64,000 nucleotides of DNA from Haplodiscus bocki (lineage: Eukaryota): positions 14,322,001-14,386,000 of the forward strand of contig OZ296656.1 of assembly GCA_965655095.1 (NCBI GenBank). The letters run 5' to 3'. This document shows positions 38,101 to 51,100 of the stretch, piece after piece. The notes under the pieces are model-generated. The model was not told where the DNA came from and searched no databases. It worked only from the letters and a program-made list of their open reading frames with translations. The translations under genes and the position numbers were made by a program. The first letter of the stretch is position 1; every line of letters starts with the position of its first letter.

Positions 38101-41100
38101 TGGAAGGGACATTGCAACACCCCAGGGCAAAGACAAAATCATCTTCCAAAAATGACGAGTGATCGGGACAAAATTGTCGATGAAACGGAAATGGTAAAGG
38201 TAGGTATTAAATGCTGGCCGTCGCTACAGTGGAGTGATTAAATTGATGGAAAGCTCGAGTTTTTCAGTTGGAGTTGCAAAATTTCACTATTAAATTTTAC
38301 AACAACAAAAAAATATATTTCGCCATTCTTAGCGGGGTCTTCCCATTGGCTACATGACATGCATGCTCGATCACTTGACCTAGACACGTAACCAAAAGGG
38401 GCATAAATACCCAGTGCGCAGCCATAAAGTTCAGTTGATCGCTCCTGCTCACTTGCGTACTTAACCGATGTTAAACTCTCCTCCACTCAGTTCTCACTTC
38501 AATTTGTGAAATTTCTTCCCTGTTTTTCGGCGTGTTAAAATATCACCCATTTCAAAGTTACCTCACTTCAAAATTATTCTAAGACCTTTCCGAAAATTGT
38601 CTCGTCCGCAATTCAACAATACTGCTTCTGAATTAACTTAAGACTTTTCCGAAACTTGTCTTAGCCATAATTCAACCTGGTAAGACGAAGTGTATATGGG
38701 AATACTTAAATTTCAAGTCAATTGTATTCGGAGCGCATAGGAAGGACCTTAAGCGAGGCCTGAAGATTTTAAGGGAACCTTTGGTGGATTTACTAAGATC
38801 AACCAGTCACACACTATAGCACGATTTGAAATTTTGGAAAAAACAAGCACAAAAGAAATGGATTTTTGAACAGCATTCGAAGATGAAATCATTGAAGCAA
38901 CAGTTTACCAAGGAGAGTTCATCGGAAGATTTCTGATATGCGATTGGTTTTTCTGAGTTGTAATTTGGAAGAGTGGACATTGATTTTAGTAGAGATTATT
39001 CCTTAAGACCAATTCTGCTTTATTAACAAAGGATTATCACCGTAGGTTACAGGGAAAAAGCTATATTTAAAGTTCAAAGTCCTCAGAAAACCTCATCTTT
39101 TGTTCTCAAATTAACCCAAGATGTAGAAGTACTTCACAACCTTCTTGCCTCACCTGTCAATCATCTGAAATCACGACAGTTGTTTCAAACAAAAAAATTA
39201 GCAATACATAAGTACATTCAAAAAAAGCTAGACAATTTTGGCAGTCTGAACCTAAACTGATCGTTTTCATATTTTGGTGTGAACTGCAGTTGTCAATTCT
39301 GATGACTGTCAAGCTGAATAGGATGGTTTGAAAGACGTTCTCCTTGTTTGTTCACCGGAGATAACTATGGCAGAATCTTCAAGTTTTTAACTTGTATCAT
39401 TTTTTTGGGTCAATCGAAAAAGCAATCAAACATGCCCGGCACTTGATTGCTATTTTTGTTAACAAAATTGTGTGAAGCAACGAATAAAAAAAGCCCAACT
39501 CCAGGATTTTTTCCCAAAAATATCAGACTTTCAAAAGATGTGACGAGTCCAAGTTCACTAATCTGATCTTCACAATCTCGATGTTGTCATGTGTCAACCT
39601 TATGCTATAGGAAAGAAAGTATCAGAGTGATTCTTTATCCAAAAAAAGAAAGGAAAAAAAGACGAGTTCAGAAGAGAAAAGACCCAGGTTGAACTTATTA
39701 TGAAAAAATTCCACGAACGAATATTTACGGAAAACAGTTATTTATGTGGTTTTTTGTTCAATAAGCACGGTTACAATCAACCCCAGACAATTAAAATTTC
39801 TTCACTGCAAGTTAAAAAGGAAAGAAATAAATAGGAAGTGAAAGTGTTCTGGTTAAAATTTTGGTCACCTAAACTCCTAGATTACCTTGAAATAATTTCT
39901 AAAGCACCAAGATGGACTGCCATTATCGCCTTACAGTAAATGCTTAATTTTAGAAAAGGCGCATTTCATTAATCCAAAAAAATGTAAAACTGAAACTAAG
40001 CTTGAAATAATTAGATGACAAACGAAAGCCTCGAAATTTTAAAGTTCTCAGTTTACTACTCAAAAATACTAGCACAACTTATTTATTTGCTATATAGGCT
40101 TCGTTCAAGAGATCCACGAGATGACAAAGGAAGTTGAATTTCCTTGTCACACAGGTTGGAAGGAACATTGCAACAACCCAGGACAAAGATAAATTCATCT
40201 TCCAAAAATGACGAGCGATCGGGACAAAAATGTCGATGAAACGGAAATAGTAAAGGTAATTATTAAATGCTGCCCGTCACTATAGTGGCGTGATTGAATT
40301 GATGGAAAGCTCGGGTTCTTCAGTTGGAGTTGCAAAATTTCAATAATAAATTTTACAACAACAAAAAAAGATAACTCGCCTTGCTTAGTGGGTTCTTCCT
40401 ATTGGCTACATGATCTGCATGCACGATCACTTGACCTAGACACGTAACCAAAAGGGGCATAAATACCCAGTGCGCAGCCATAAAGTTCAGTTGATCGCTC
40501 CTGCTCACTTGCGTACTTAACCGATGTTTAACTCGCTTCCACTCAGCTCTCACTTCAATTTTCGAAATTTCTTCTTTGTTTTTAGGCGAGTTAAAATTAC
40601 CCATTTCAAATTTACCTCACTTCAGAATTATTCTAAGACCTTTCCGAAAATTGTCTTGTCCGCAATTCAACAATACTGCTTCTGAATTAACTTAAGACTT
40701 TTCCGAAACTTGTCTTAGCCATAATTCAACCTGGTAAGACGAAGTGTACATGGGAATACTTAAATTTCAAGTCACTTGTATTCGGAGCGCATAGGAAGGA
40801 CCTTAAGCGAGGCCTGAAGATTTTAAGGGAACCTTTGGTGGATTTACTAAGATCAACCAGTCACACTATAGCACGATTCAAAATTTTGGAAGAAACAAGC
40901 ACTTAAAAATGGATTTTTGAACAGCATCCCAATATGTAATCATTGAAGCAAAATTTTACCAAGGAAAGTTCCTCAGACGATTTTTGTTATGCGATTGGTT
41001 TTTTTGAGACGCAATTTGGATTAGTTGACTTTGATTGTAGTTGAGAATATTCCTTAAAACCAATTCTGTAATATTAACAAGTGAATAGCACTGTAGGTTA

Positions 41101-44100
41101 CCGGGAGGAAGCTAGGTATAAAGTTCAACGTCCTCAAAAAACCTCATCTTTTGTGCTCAAGAAAACCCAAGATGTCGAAATACTTCAGAACCTCCTTGCC
41201 TCACCTGTGAAGCATCCGAAATAACGACAGTTATATCAAACACCAAAATGAGCAATACATAAGTACGTTAAAAAAATGCTAGACAATTTTGACAGTCTGA
41301 ACCTAAACTGATCATTTTCATATTTTGGTGTAAACTGCAGTTGTCAATTCTGATGACTGTCAAGCTGAATAGGATGGTTTGAAAGACGTTCTCCTTGTTT
41401 GTTCACCGGAGATAACTATGGCAGAATCTTCAAGTTTTTAACTTGTATCATTTTTTTGGGTCAATCGAAAAAACAATCAAACATGCCCGGGACTTGCATG
41501 CTATTTTTGTTATCAAAATTGGGTGAAGCACCGAATAAAAAAGCCCAACTGCAGGATTTTTTTCCCGAAAAAATCAGATTTTCAAAAGTTGTGACGATTC
41601 CACGTTCACTAATCTGATCTTCACAGCCTCGATATTGTCGTGTCTCAACAATATGCTATAGGAAAGAAAGTATCAGAGTGATTCTTTATCCAAAAAAAGG
41701 AAGGAAAGAAAGACCAGTTCAGAAGAGGAAAGATTCACGTTCACGTTATAATGAAAAACTTCCACGAACAAATTTTTACGGAAAGCAGTTAAAAATGTAA
41801 TTCACTTGTTCAATAAGCACGGTTACAATAACCCCAATTTTTTAAGATTTCTTTACTGGAAGTTGAAAAGTAAAAAGTAAATAGGAAGTGAAAGTGTTCT
41901 GGTACAACTTTTGGTCACCTAAGCTCCTAGTTTACCTTCAAATAAATTCGAAAGCATCAAGATTGACTGCCTGTATCGCGTTACGGTAAAAGCTCAATCT
42001 TAGAAAAGGCGCTTTTTAATAATCCAAAAGATTAACGTAAAACTGAAACAAGCTTGAAATGTTTCGATGACAAACGAAAGCCTGGAAATTTTAAAAAGCG
42101 CAGTTTACTACTCGAAAAGACTAGCACAACTTGTTTATTTGCTATTTAAGCTTCATTTAAGAGATCCACGAGATGACAAAGGAAGTTGAATTTCCTTGTC
42201 ACACAGGTTGGAAGGGACATTGCAACAACCCAGGACAAAGACAAATTCATCTTCCAAAAATGACGAGCGATCGGGACAAAAATGTCGCTGAAACGGAAAT
42301 AGTAAAGGTAATTGTTAAATGCTGCCCGTCACTACAGTGGCGTGATTGAATTGATGGAAAGCTCGGGTTTTTCAGTTGGAGTTGCAAACTTTCACTATTA
42401 AATTTTACAACAACAAAAAAAGATAACACGCCTTGCTTAGCGGGGTCTTCCTATTGGCTACAAGACCTGCATGCTCGACCTCGTCACCTAGACCCGTAAC
42501 CAGATGGGGCATAAACACCCAGTGCAAATCCATCAAGTTTAGTTGATCTCTCCTGCTCACTTGCCGACTTAACCGACGTTAAACTCTCTTCCACTCAGTT
42601 ATCACTTCAATTTTTGAAATTTCTTCTCTTCTCTCTTTTTAGGCGAGTTAAAATCACTTATTTCAAATTTACCTCTTTTCAGAATTGTTCTAAGACCTTT
42701 CCGAAATTTGTTTTGGCCGCAATTTAACAATACTGCTTCTGAATTATCTTAAAAGTTTTCCGAAACTTGTCTTAGCCATAATTCAACCTGGTAAGACGAA
42801 CTGTATATGGGAATACTTAAATTTCAAGTCACTTGTATTCGGAGCGCATAGGAAGGACCTTAAGCGAGGCCTGAAGATTTTAAGGGAAACTTTTGAGGAA
42901 TTAATAAGATCAACGAACCACACTATAGCACGATTCAAAATTTTGGAAGAAACAAGCACCTAAAAATGGATTTTTGAACAGCATCCGAATATGTAATCAT
43001 TGAAGCAAAAGTTTACCAAGGAAAGTTCCTCAGACCATTTTTGATATGCGATTGGTTTTTTTGAGACGCAATTTGGATGAGTTGACTTTGATTTTGGTAG
43101 AGATGATTCCTTAAAACCAATTCTGTAATATTAACAAGTGAATAGCACCGTAGGTTACCGGGAGGAAGCTAGGTTTAAAGTTCAACGTCCTCAAAATTCC
43201 TCATCTTTTGTGCTCAAATTAACCCAAGATGTCGAAATACTTCAGGACCTTCTTGCCTCACCTGTCAAGCATCCGAAATAACGACAGTTATTTCAAACAC
43301 CAAAATGAGCAATACATAAGTACGTTTAAAAAATGCTAGACAATTTTGACAGTCTGAACCTAAACTGATCATTTTCTTATTTTGGTGTAAACTGCAGTTG
43401 TCAATTCTGATGACTGTCAAGCTAAATAGGATGGTTTGAAAGACGTTCTCCTTGTTTGTTCACCGGAGATAACTATGGCGGAAGCTTCAAGTTTTTAACT
43501 TGTGTCATTTTTTTGGGTCAATCGAAAAAGCAATCAAACATGCCCGGCACTTGCCTGCTATTTTTGTTAACAAAATTGTGTGAAGCACCGAATAAAAAAG
43601 CCGAACGGCAGGATTTTTTTCCGAAAAAATCAGACTTTCAAAAGATGTGACGAGTCCACATTCACTAATCTGATCTTCACAGCCTCGATATTGTCGTGTC
43701 TCAACCTTATGCTATAGAAAAGAATGTATCAGAGTGATTCTTTATCCAAAAAAAGGAAGGAAAGAAAGACCAGTTCAGAAGAGGAAAGATTCACGTTGAC
43801 TTTATAATGGAAAAATTCCACGAACAAATTTTTACGGAAAGCAGTTAAATATGTAATTCATTTGTTCAACAAGCACGGTTACAATAACCCCAATTTTTTA
43901 AGATTTCTTTACTGGAAGTTGAAAAGGAAGAAATAAACAGGAAGTGAAAGTGTTTTGGTACAATTTTTGGTCACCTAAGTTCCTAGTTTAACTTCAAAGA
44001 ACTTCTAAAGCAACAAGATCGACTGCCTGTAACGCGTTACGGTAAAAGCTCAATATTAGAAAAGGCGCTTTTTAATAATCCAAAAGATTAACGTAAAACT

Positions 44101-46794
44101 GAAACTAAGCTTGAAATGTTTCGATGACAAACGAAGGCCTGGAAACTTTAAAAATCTCAGTTTACTACTCGAAAAGATTAGCACAACTTGTTTATTTGCT
44201 ATTTAAGCTTCGTTTAAGAGATCCACGAGATGACAAAGGAAGTTGAATTTCCGTGTCACACAGGTTGGAAGGGACATTGCAACAACCCAGGACAAAGACA
44301 AATTCATCTTCCAAAATTGACGAGCGATCGGGACAAAAATGGCGCTGAAACGGAAATAGCAAAGGTAATTGTTAAATGCTGCCCGTCACTACAGTGGCGT
44401 GATTGAATTGATGGAAAGCTCGGGTTTTTCAGTTGGAGTTGCAAACTTTCACTATTAAATTTTACAACAACAAAAAAAGATAACACGCCTTGCTTAGCGG
44501 GGTCTTCCTATTGGCTACAAGACCTGCATGCTCGATCTCGTCACCTAGATCCGCAACCAAATGGGGCATAAACACCCAGTGCAAATCCATAAAGTTTAGT
44601 TGATCGCTCCTGCTCACTCGCCTACTTAACCGATGTTAAACTCTCTTCCACTCAGTTATCACTTCATTTTTTGAAATTTCTTCTCTTCTCTCTTTTTAGG
44701 CGAGTTAAAATCACTTATTTCAAATTTGCCTCTTTTCAGATTTATTCTAAGACCTTTCCGAAATTTGTTTTGGCCGCAATTTAACAACACTGCTTCTGAA
44801 TTATCTTAAGACTTTTCCGAAACTTGTCTTAGCCATTATTCTTTTTTTAAGATAAAGTGTACATGGGAATATTTAAATTGCAAGTCACTTGTATTCGGAG
44901 CGCATAGGAAGGACCTTAAGTGAGGCCTGAAGATTTTAAGGGAACCTTTTGAGGATTTAATAAGATCAACCAATCACACTATAGCACGATTCAAAAATTT
45001 GGAAGAAACAAGCACTTAAAAATGGATTTTTGAACAGCATCCGAATATGTAATCATTGAAGCAAAAGTTTACCAAGGAAAGTTCCTCAGACGATTTTTGA
45101 TATGCGATTGGTTTTTTTGAGACGCAATTGGGACTGGTTGACTTTGATTTTAGTAGAGATTATTCCTTAAAACCAATTCTGTAATATTAACAAGTGAATA
45201 GCACCGTAGGTTACCGGGAGGAAGCTAGGTATAAAGTTCAACGTCCTCAAAAAACCTCATCTTTTGTGCTCAAAGTAACCCAAGATGTCGAAATACTTCA
45301 GAACCTTCTTGCCTCACCTGTCAAGCATCCGAAATTACGACAGTTATTTCAAACACCAAAATGAGCAATACATAAGTACGTTAAAAAAATGCTAGACAAT
45401 TTTGACAGTCTGAACCTAAACTGATCATTTTCATATTTTGGTGTGAACCGCAGTTGTCATTTCTGATGACTGTCAAGCTGAATAGGATGGTTTGAAAGAA
45501 GTGCTCCTTGATTATTCACCAGAGATAGCTATCACGGAAGCTTCAAATTTCGAACAAGTATCAGTTTTTTGGGTCAATCGAAAAAGCAAACAAACATGCC
45601 CGAGTCCTGCAGGCTATCTTTGTTAACAAAATTGGGTGAAGCACCGAATAAAAAAGCCGAACTGCAGGATTTGTTTCCGAAAAAATCAGACCTTCAAAAG
45701 ATATGACGAGTCCACATTCACTAATCTGATCTTCACAATCTCCATTGTTGTGTCTCAACATTATGCTATAAGAAAGAAAGTATCAGAGTGATTCTCTATC
45801 CAAAAAGAAAGAGAGGAAAGAAAGACGAGTTCAGAAGAGAATAGATCGACGTTGAATTTATAATGAAAAATTCCAGGAACAAATTTTTACGGAGAACAGT
45901 TATATATGTGATTCATTTGTTCAATAAGCACGGTTACAATAACCCCAGATAATTAAGGTTTCTTTACTGGAAGTTGAAAAAGAAAAAAATAAATAGGAAG
46001 TGAAAGTGTTCGGGTACAAATTTTGGTCACCTAAGCTCCTAGTTTACCTTCAAAGAAATTCTAAAGCACCAAGAACGACTGCCTGTATCGCGTTACAATA
46101 AATGCTCAATCTTAGAAAAGGCGCTTTTTAATATTCCAAAAGATTAACGTAAAACTGAAACTAAGCTTGAAATGTTTCGATGACAAACGAAAGCCCGGAA
46201 AATTTAAAGTTCTCAGTTTACTACTGAAAAAGATTAGCACGACTTGTTTATTTGCTATTTAAGCTTCGTTTAAGAGATCCACGGGATGACAAAGGAAGTT
46301 GAATTTCCTTGTCACACAGGTTGGAAGGGACATTGCAACAACCCAGGACAAAGACAAATTCATCTTCCGAAAATGACGAGTCATCGGGACAAAATTGTCG
46401 ATGAAACGGAAATGGTAAAGGTAATTATTAAATGCTGGCCGTCACTACAGTGGCGTGATTGAATTGATGGAAAGCTCGGGCTTTTCAGTTGGAGTTGCAC
46501 AACTTCACTATTAAAATTTACAACAACAAAAAAAAATAATTCGCCTTGCTTAGCGGGGTATTTCCATTGGCTACATGACCTGCATGCTCGATCACGTCAC
46601 CTAGACCCGTAAACAAATGGGGCATAAACACCCAGTGCTAATCCATAAAATTTAGTTGATCGGTCCTGCTCACTTGCCTACTTAACCGATGTTAAACTCT
46701 CTTCCACTCAGTTATAACTTCAATTTTTGAAATTTCTTCTCTTCTCTCTTTTTAGGCGAGTTAAAATCACTTATTTCAAGTTTACCTCTTTTCA

Positions 46795-46823
46795 GAATTA
46801 TTCTAAGACTTTTCCGAAACTTG
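46795..46823 (+). repeat. 59-bp deletion junction in unit 16
   Basis: Other units have two GAATTATYYTAAGACYTTTCCGAAAYTTG motifs 59 bp apart; here they are fused into one hybrid and the unit is 1997 bp. Confidence 0.9.
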
Positions 46824-47537
46824 TCTCAGCCATAATTCATTTTTTAAGATAAAGTGTACATGGGAATATTTAAATTGCAAGTCACTTGTGTTCGGAGCGC
46901 ATAGGAAGGACCTTAAGCGAGGCCTGAAGATTTTAAGGGAACCTTTTGAGGATTTAATAAGATCAACTACTCACACTATAGCACGATTCAAAATTTTGGA
47001 AGAAACAAGCACTTAAAAATGGATTTTTGAACAGCATCCGAATATGTAATCATTGAAGCAAAAGTTTACCAAGGAAAGTTCCTCAGACGATTTTTGATAT
47101 GCGATTGGTTTTTTTGAGACGCAATTGGGACTGGTTGACTTTGATTTTAGTAGAGATTATTCCTTAAAACCAATTCTGTAATATTAACAAGTGAATAGCA
47201 CTGTAGGTTACCGGGAGGAAGCTAGGTATAAAGTTCAACGTCCTCAAAAAACCTCATATTTTGTGCTCAAAATAACCCAAGATATCGAAATACTTCAGAA
47301 CCTTCTTGCCTCACCTGTCAAGCAGCCGAATTTACGACAGTTATTTCACCTAAATGAGCAGTACATAGGTACTTTAAAAATATGCTAGACAATTTTGACA
47401 GTCTGAACCTAAACTGATCATTTTCATATTTTGGTGTGAACTGCAGTTGTCAATTCTGACGACTGTCAAGCTGAATAGGATGGTTTGAAAGATGTTCTCC
47501 TTGTTTATTCACCGGAGATAACTATCGCGGAAGCTTC

Positions 47538-48186
47538 AAGTTTTTAACTTGTATATTTTTTTGGGTCAATCGAAAAAGCAATCAAACATGCCCGGGACTT
47601 GCATGCTGTTTTTGTTAACAAAATTGGGTGAAGCACCGAATAAAAAAGCCGAACTGCAGGATTTTTTTCCGAAAAAATCAGACTTTCAAAAGATGTGACG
47701 AGACCACATTCACTAATCTGATCTTCACAATCTCCATTGTTGTGTCTCAACATTATGCTATAGGAAAGAAAGTAATAGAGGATTCTTTTTCCAAAAAAAG
47801 AAAGGAAAGAAAGACGAGTTCGGGAGAGAAAAGACCGACGTTGAAACTTTTATGAAAAGTTTTCAACATGTATCATTTTTTTTGGTTCAAACGAAAAAGC
47901 AATGAAACATGCCCGGGACTTGCATGCTATTTTTGTTGACAAAAAAGGGTGAAGCACTGAATAAAAAAAACCTAACTGCAAGAATTTTTCCCGAAAAAAT
48001 CAGACTTTCAAAAAACGTGACGAGTCCACGTTCACTAATCTGATCTTCACAATCTCGATGTTGTCGTGTCTCAACCTTATGTTTTAGGAAAGAAAATATC
48101 AGAGTGATTCTCTATCCAAAAAGAAAGAGAGGAAAGAAAGACGAGTTCAGAAGAGAAAAGATCGACGTTGAACTTATAATGAAAAA
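47538..48186 (+). repeat. ~320-bp internal tandem duplication in unit 17
   Basis: The segment from AAGTTTTTAAC to ATGAAAA occurs twice (restart at ~47857); unit length is 2370 bp. Confidence 0.92.
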
Positions 48187-51100
48187 TTCCAGGAACAAAT
48201 TTTTACGGAGAACAGTTATATATGTGATTCATTTGTTCAATAAGCACGGTTACAATAACCCCAAATAATTAAGATTTCTTTACTGGAAGTTCAAAAAAAA
48301 ATAAATAGGAAGTGAAAGTGTTCGGGTACAAGTTTTGGTCACCTAAGCTCCTAGTTTACCTTCAAAGAAATTCTAAAGCACCAAGATCGACTGCCTGTAT
48401 CGCGTTACAGTAAATGTTCAATTTTAGAAAAGGCGCTTTTTAATAATCCAAAAGATTAACGTAAAACTGAAACTAAGCCTGAAATGTTTCGATGACAAAC
48501 GAAAGCCCGGAAAATTTAAAAATCTCAGTTTACTACTCAAAAAGATTAGCACAACTTGTTTATTTGCTATTTAAGCTTCGTTTAAAGATCCACGAGATGA
48601 CAAAGGAAGTTAAATTTCCTTGTCACACAGGTTGGAAGGGACATTGCAACAACCCAGGACAAAGACAAATTCATCTTCCGAAAATGACGAGTCATCGGGA
48701 CAAAATTGTCGATGAAACGGAAATGGTAAAGGTAATTATTAAATGCTGGCCGTCACTACAGTGGCGTGATTGAATTGATGGAAAGCTCGGGCTTTTCAGT
48801 TGGAGTTGCACAACTTCACTATTAAAATTTACAACAACAAAAAAAAATAATTCGCCTTGCTTAGCGGGGTATTTCCATTGGCTACATGACCTGCATGCAC
48901 GATCACGTCACCTAGACCCGTAACCAAATGGGGCATAAACACCCAGTGCAAATCCGTAAAGTTTAGTTGATCGCTCCTGCTCACTTGCCGACTTAACCGA
49001 CGTTAAACTCTCTTCCACTCAGTTATCACTTCAATTTTTGAAATTTCTTCTCTTCTCTCTTTTTAGGCGAGTTAAAACCACTTATTTCAAATTTACCTCT
49101 TTTCAGAATTATTCTAAGACCTTTCCGAAATTTGTTTTGGCCGCAAATTAACAATACTGCTTCTGAATTATCTTAAGACTTTTCCGAAACTTGTCTTAGC
49201 CATTATTCTTTTTTTAAGATAAAGTGTACATGGGAATATTTAAATTGCAAGTCACTTGTATTCGGAGCACATAGGAAGGACCTTAAGCGAGGCCTTAAGA
49301 TTTTAAGGGAACCTTTTTTAGGATTTAATAAGATCAACCAATCACACTATAGCACGATTCAAAAATTTGGAAGACACAAGCACTTAAAAATGGATTTTTG
49401 AACAGCATCCGAATATGTAATCATTGAAGCAAAAGTTTACCAAGGAAAGTTCCTCAGATTTTTGATATGCGATTGGTTTTTTTGAGACGCAATTGGGATT
49501 AGTTGACTTTGATTTTAGTAGAGATTATTCCTTAAAACCAATTCTGTAATATTAACAAGTGAGTAGCACCGTAGGTTACCGGGAGGAAGCTAGGTTTGAA
49601 GTTCAACGTCCTCAAAAAACCTCGTCTTTTGTGCTCAAAATAACCCAAGATGTCGAAATACTTCAAAACCTTCTTGCCTCACCTGTCAAGCATCCGAAAT
49701 TACGACAGTTATTTCAAACACCAAAATGAGCAATACATAAGTACCTTAAAAAAATGCTGGACAATTTTGACAGTCTGAACCTAAAATGATCATTTTCATA
49801 TTTTGGTGTGAACTGCAGTTGTCAATTCTGATGACTGTCAAGCTGAATAGGATGGATTGAAAGAAGTTCTCCTTGATTATTCACCGGAGATAACTATCGC
49901 GGAAGCTTCAAATTTCGAACAAGTATCAGTTTTTTGGGTCAATAGAAAAAGCAAACAAACATGCCCGAGTCCTGCATGCTATTTTTGTTAACAAAATTGG
50001 GTGAAGCACCGAATAAAAAAGCCGAACTTCAGGATTTTTTTCCGAAAAAATCAGACTTTCAAAAGATGCGACGAGTCCGCATTCACTAATCTGATCTTCA
50101 CAATCTCCATTGTTGTGTCTCAACATTATGCTATAGGAAAGAAAGTATCAGAGTGATTCTCTATCCAAAAAGAAAGAGAGGAAAGAAAGACGAGTTCAGA
50201 AGAGAAAAGATCGACGTTGAACTTATAATATGAAAAATTCCAGGAACAAATTTTTACGGAGAACAGTTATATATGTGATTCATTTGTTCAATAAGCACGG
50301 TTACAATAACCCCAAATAATTAAGATTTCTTTACTGGAAGTTGAAAAAGAAAAAAATAAATAGGAAGTGAAAGTGTTCGGGTACAAATTTTGGTCACCTA
50401 AGCTCCTAGTTTACCTTCAAAGAAATTCTAAAGCACCAAGATCGACTGCCTGTATCGCGTTACAGTAAATGTTCAATTTTAGAAAAGGCGCTTTTTAATA
50501 ATCCAAAAGATTAACGTAAAACTGAAACTAAGCCTGAAATGTTTCGATGACAAACGAAAGCCCGGAAAATTTAAAATTCTCAGTTTACTACTCAAAAAGA
50601 TTAGCACAACTTGTTTACTGGCTATTTAGGTTTCGTTTAAGAGATCCACGAGATGACAAAGGAAGTTAAATTTCCTTGTCACACAGGTTGGAAGGGACAT
50701 TGCAACAACCCAGGACAAAGACAAATTCATCTTCCGAAAATGACGAGTCATCGGGACAAAATTGTCGATGAAACGGAAATGGTAAAGGTAATTATTAAAT
50801 GCTGGCCGTCACTACAGTGGCGTGATTGAATTGATGGAAAGCTCGGGCTTTTCAGTTGGAGTTGCACAACTTCACTATTAAAATTTACAACAACAAAAAA
50901 AAAATAATTCGCCTTTCTTAGCGGGGTATTTCCATTGGCTACATGACCTGCATGCACGATCACGTCACCTAGACCCGTAACCAAATGGGGCATAAACACC
51001 CAGTGCAAATCCGTAAAGTTTAGTTGATCGCTCCTGCTCACTTGCCGACTTAACCGACGTTAAACTCTCTTCCACTCAGTTATCACTTCAATTTTTGAAA

